The translations under genes were made by a program, and so were the position numbers. From a bacterium (GTDB taxonomy: Bacteria > Eisenbacteria > RBG-16-71-46): 25,504 bases of DNA. Shown here piece by piece: positions 18,104-25,504 of the stretch; the stretch's first letter is position 1; each line of letters opens with the position of its first letter. Location of the stretch: positions 1 through 25,504 of the forward strand of contig JAYWEM010000061.1 in NCBI GenBank assembly GCA_043779265.1, given 5' to 3'. The notes below the pieces were generated by a model. It ran no database searches. It worked only from the letters and a program-made list of their open reading frames with translations, and was not told the origin of the DNA.

Positions 18104-18175
18104 GCGCAAGTCGGAGGGCTGCCGATTCAGTCACTCCGATTGAAGTGATTGCCACCGGAGTCATCGGGTAGCGGC

Positions 18176-18787
18176 ATGCGACTACTATTCGTGCGCCACG
18201 GTGAGAGCGAGGCGAAAATCGATCGCGTGTTCTCCAATCGAGGCTGGAGACATCCGCTCACCCCAACTGGGCTCGAACAGGCTCGGGCGCTTGCCGAGCG
18301 CCTCGCTGACCAGGATGTCGTCGCGATCTTCAGTAGTCCGCTTCGTCGCACAATGGAGACGGCTGGGATTCTAGCGGCTCGGCTGAGCGTGCCGCTTCAG
18401 TCCGAAGCTGCGTTGATCGAACACGACGTCGGCGAACTCGAGGGCATGACCTACGACGAGTGTGGGGCCCGATTCACGGAAGTCATGCGTCGCTGGGCCC
18501 AAGGCGACCTCGACGCCTGAATACCCAGGGGAGAGAGTCGTCGGGACCTGGACCACCGTTTCGCCTCACTCATGGAGCGCATCGTGAGCGAGTTCGAATC
18601 ACGGCCCGGCGCCCTGGTTCTGGTCAGCCACGCTGGAGTGCTTGGATGCGTGCTCCCGAGCGGTCTCGCGAACATCTCGCCAGGTTTCGCCGCGAGCCGT
18701 GCGCTCGAGTTCACCGCCGTCGTTGAGGCGGAGCTGACCTCCGGCCGCCTCCACTGCGTGCGATGGGGCGACACGCCAATCGACTGA
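18176..18787 (+). pseudogene. Histidine phosphatase (phosphoglycerate mutase family) with internal in-frame TGA at 18518-18520
   Basis: MRLLFVRHGES, LTPTGLEQA, SSPLRRTMETA and EHDVGELEG. After the TGA the same frame continues IPRGES...LVSHAG, which supplies the second catalytic His. Confidence 0.8.
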
Positions 18788-18838
18788 TGCGTCGCCCCAT
18801 CGCCTCACCGCTTCTGCGTCGGCTGCACAGCCACCTCG

Positions 18839-23285
<4,447 letters not shown>

Positions 23286-23308
23286 CCGATCCCATGCGAA
23301 GCGTCCCA

Positions 23309-24607
23309 CTAATTGCCCCCTTCGGCGCCAGACGCGTCGAGCGCCCGTCCGAGCAGCTGTTCGAGTTCGACGCGCGCGAGCCATGCTTCGCGTTCCGCGT
23401 CCACGATCGTGAGGTCGGTCTCCAGCACGCCGCGCTGCGCGTCGAGGAACTCGACGTAGCCGAGTCGGCCGCCGAGATAGGCCGCGAGCACCTGCTCCAG
23501 GGCGAGCGCCGCACTCGGGCGTACGTCCGTGAGCAGGGCATCCAGTGCCGCACTCGCGGCGACCAGTCGCTCGCGCGTCGCCAGCATCGCCGTACGCGAG
23601 AGCCGAGTGGCCTCTTCGACGCCGGCTTCAGCGGAGAGGATGCGTGCATCGGCGGCCGCAATCGCCCCCGTGCGACGATTCCAGATCGGCAACCCGGCGC
23701 GCACGGCGACGATCACTCCGGTCGCCGATCCTTCCGCGAACTGGCGCAGCCCGCCGCTCAGTTCGAACTCGGGGCCGCGCTCGGCGCGGGTCAGCCGCCG
23801 TTGTGCCTGCTGCATCTCGACTTCGCCGCGCGCAAGCTGCACCCATGGGTGCGCCGTGGCCTCCAGCGCCAAGGCCGCCGCCTCGGGTACGCCTCGGGCG
23901 GACGGAGCGGGCAGCAGCAATCTCCCGATCGAGTCGGCCAGAACTCCGCACGCACTGGCGAGCTCGATGCGACTGGCGCGAAGTGCAGCTTCTGCTCGTG
24001 AGCGCTCCACCCGCCGCAACCCGGCCTGCGCCACAGCGCGCGTCCGTTCCACGATGGGCGCAGCGCCCTCGCGGTGGCGCCTTTCGGCGGCCGCGATCGC
24101 CCGTTGAGCGAGCGTCTCCGCTGCACCGAGTCGGTCGACTCGCTCCTGTTGGGCCCAGGCCTCGACGAAGCGTGTCGAGGTCTCGGTGATCAACTGACGC
24201 GCGATGAGATCGCCATCGCGGTCCGCGAGCTTCAGTCCGGCGTCCGCGATAGCGCGCTGGGCGCTGCGCAGGCCGCCGCGCGCGAACCCCTGCGCAAGTC
24301 CGAACGTGGTCTCCCGCAACCCGGCGGGCAGAGAGCCCCCGAAGTTCTCCAACGCGACAGTGAGCGAGGGGTCCGGCAGTCGCCCCGCGTCAAGACGCAC
24401 TGCGCGCGCGGCGGCCGAGCGCTGCAGTGCTCCGGTGAGCAATGGGTGTCGCTCAAGCGTGAGTCGCGTTGCCTCTTGCAGTGTGAAGAAGACGGAGGAG
24501 TCCGCAGCGACTGAGGCTTGCGCCCACGCCGTGCGGAGCGAGCACAGACAAGCAAGCGGGAGGGCGATTCCGAGGAACAGGACGCGGCCCGGAATTCTTG
24601 GTGACAT
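23309..24607 (-). CDS. czcC: TolC-family outer membrane efflux channel (CzcC-like)
   Basis: Signal peptide, LPDPSL, GLPIWNRRTG and Y..GRLGYVEFLDAQR; first structural gene of the CBA operon. Confidence 0.85.
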   Translation of the reverse strand: MSPRIPGRVLFLGIALPLACLCSLRTAWAQASVAADSSVFFTLQEATRLTLERHPLLTGALQRSAAARAVRLDAGRLPDPSLTVALENFGGSLPAGLRETTFGLAQGFARGGLRSAQRAIADAGLKLADRDGDLIARQLITETSTRFVEAWAQQERVDRLGAAETLAQRAIAAAERRHREGAAPIVERTRAVAQAGLRRVERSRAEAALRASRIELASACGVLADSIGRLLLPAPSARGVPEAAALALEATAHPWVQLARGEVEMQQAQRRLTRAERGPEFELSGGLRQFAEGSATGVIVAVRAGLPIWNRRTGAIAAADARILSAEAGVEEATRLSRTAMLATRERLVAASAALDALLTDVRPSAALALEQVLAAYLGGRLGYVEFLDAQRGVLETDLTIVDAEREAWLARVELEQLLGRALDASGAEGGN

Positions 24608-24688
24608 GGATCCAACCCTTCATGTTCGGTCGATGGAGAGCAGCCCGCGCCCGGAGGTCGGGGGGCCAGGAACCGAGAAGGGATTCGA

Positions 24689-25075
24689 TCAGATCCGGAG
24701 GAAATCGCCTCGGGGGGCGTGCGCGCGCGGCGGTGCGCCGCGGGAGCCAGCTGTGTATGCCGCGACGTGTGGTGGCGCGGCCGGTCGCGTGCTCACGAGG
24801 TGGTCGAACAACGCCGGCAGTGTGAGAGGTGATGCCTCATCCGGACGCGCGTGACCTGCCTCGACCACCGCGTAGTCGTCGCATCCGTGCGCTTCGTGAA
24901 ACGCAGCCGGACTGGCGGGCTCCTTCGAGCAGGGCCGCTCCGTGGCACAGGCGTTGCCAGCCGGTTCGACGCGCACGACACCGTCGGCCTCGACACAGAT
25001 CGACAGCCCGGCCGGCCGGATCGCGCTGGTGAGGGCGGCGAGCAGCAGCGTCAGATGAAACAGGGTGCGCAGCAT
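24689..25075 (-). CDS. Small exported Cys/His-containing protein upstream of czcC
   Basis: Hydrophobic N-terminus followed by LSICVEADG, NAC..RPC and HEAHGCDD. It occupies the position of CzcI-like accessory genes. Confidence 0.6.
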   Translation of the reverse strand: MLRTLFHLTLLLAALTSAIRPAGLSICVEADGVVRVEPAGNACATERPCSKEPASPAAFHEAHGCDDYAVVEAGHARPDEASPLTLPALFDHLVSTRPAAPPHVAAYTAGSRGAPPRAHAPRGDFLRI

Positions 25076-25181
25076 CCGCGCAATGTCCGTGGTGTTCCGC
25101 CTCAAGGTCAAGTCCCTCGATCCATGGTCAGCCGAAATTCACCGTGCCCGGTCGAATGATCGGTAGTTCGGCCGCCTACCC

Positions 25182-25504
25182 TCACGTCTTCTGCTTCTTC
25201 TTCTCCGCCGCCGGGAACAGCACGTTGTTGAGGATCAGGCGATAGCCCGGTGAGCCGGGATGACGATCGAGCTTGGTCTCGGGGTCACCCACCATGTGCT
25301 GGTAGTCCTCGGGGTCGTGTCCGCCGAGGAACGTGAACGTGCCGCGGCCGAACTGTCCGTGCAGGTACTTCACCTCGTCGGTGTTCTCCACCTCGCCGAG
25401 CACGGTGACGCCGGGCTTGAGCTTGGAGCGACGGAAGCCGGTCGACTGGCCGAGGAACTCGGCGACCGCGCCGACATGGTTCTGCACCAGCATGGTGGGC
25501 ACCG
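25182..25504 (-). CDS. C-terminal part of a conserved protein (the family often labelled 'asparagine synthetase B' in FCB genomes; function uncertain); 5'-truncated
   Basis: PTMLVQNH, GQSTGF and GTFTFLGGHDPEDYQHMVGDP...SPGYRLILNNVLFPAA. The family assignment is from recall. Confidence 0.6.
   Translation of the reverse strand, partial: VPTMLVQNHVGAVAEFLGQSTGFRRSKLKPGVTVLGEVENTDEVKYLHGQFGRGTFTFLGGHDPEDYQHMVGDPETKLDRHPGSPGYRLILNNVLFPAAEKKKQKT

Noticed and set aside
3476..18520. TGA reassignment (alternative genetic code) or selenocysteine to explain the two in-frame TGAs
   Set aside because: TGA is the evident terminator of many intact genes here (oxidase, hpt, tilS, folP, ompA, czcA). Neither site is a redox Cys-type position, and I see no convincing SECIS hairpin.
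25082..25111. MerR-type operator/promoter upstream of the czc operon (TTGACCTTGAGG...)
   Set aside because: There is no matching dyad half-site in the spacer and the -10 is weak.

Overview
GC-rich bacterial chromosomal window from a diderm organism. The OmpA, the TolC-type channel and the FlgD-Ig/T9SS-like C-terminal tails suggest an FCB-associated lineage such as Ca. Eisenbacteria; this is an inference only. From left to right: (1) two translationally coupled secreted proteins with FlgD-Ig-type tails, a galactose-oxidase-like copper radical oxidase (5'-truncated) and an Asp-box/PPC-domain protein interrupted by an in-frame TGA and a frameshift; (2) a 163-bp MITE-like element; (3) a minus-strand housekeeping block dinB-like, folP, cdaA, TM0106-type nuclease, tRNA(CAT), tilS, 56-codon ORF, hpt, ftsH; (4) ompA with TSP3-like repeats; (5) an AAA_14/DUF4143 ATPase preceded by a four-unit 23-bp-period repeat array and flanked by a 10-bp direct repeat; (6) a histidine phosphatase with an internal TGA; (7) a czcCBA-type heavy-metal efflux operon. 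The most striking item is a 445-aa Ser1 intein with an HTH and a LAGLIDADG endonuclease, inserted immediately after the substrate pore loop of FtsH. The phased repeat array upstream of the DUF4143 ATPase and the MITE come next.
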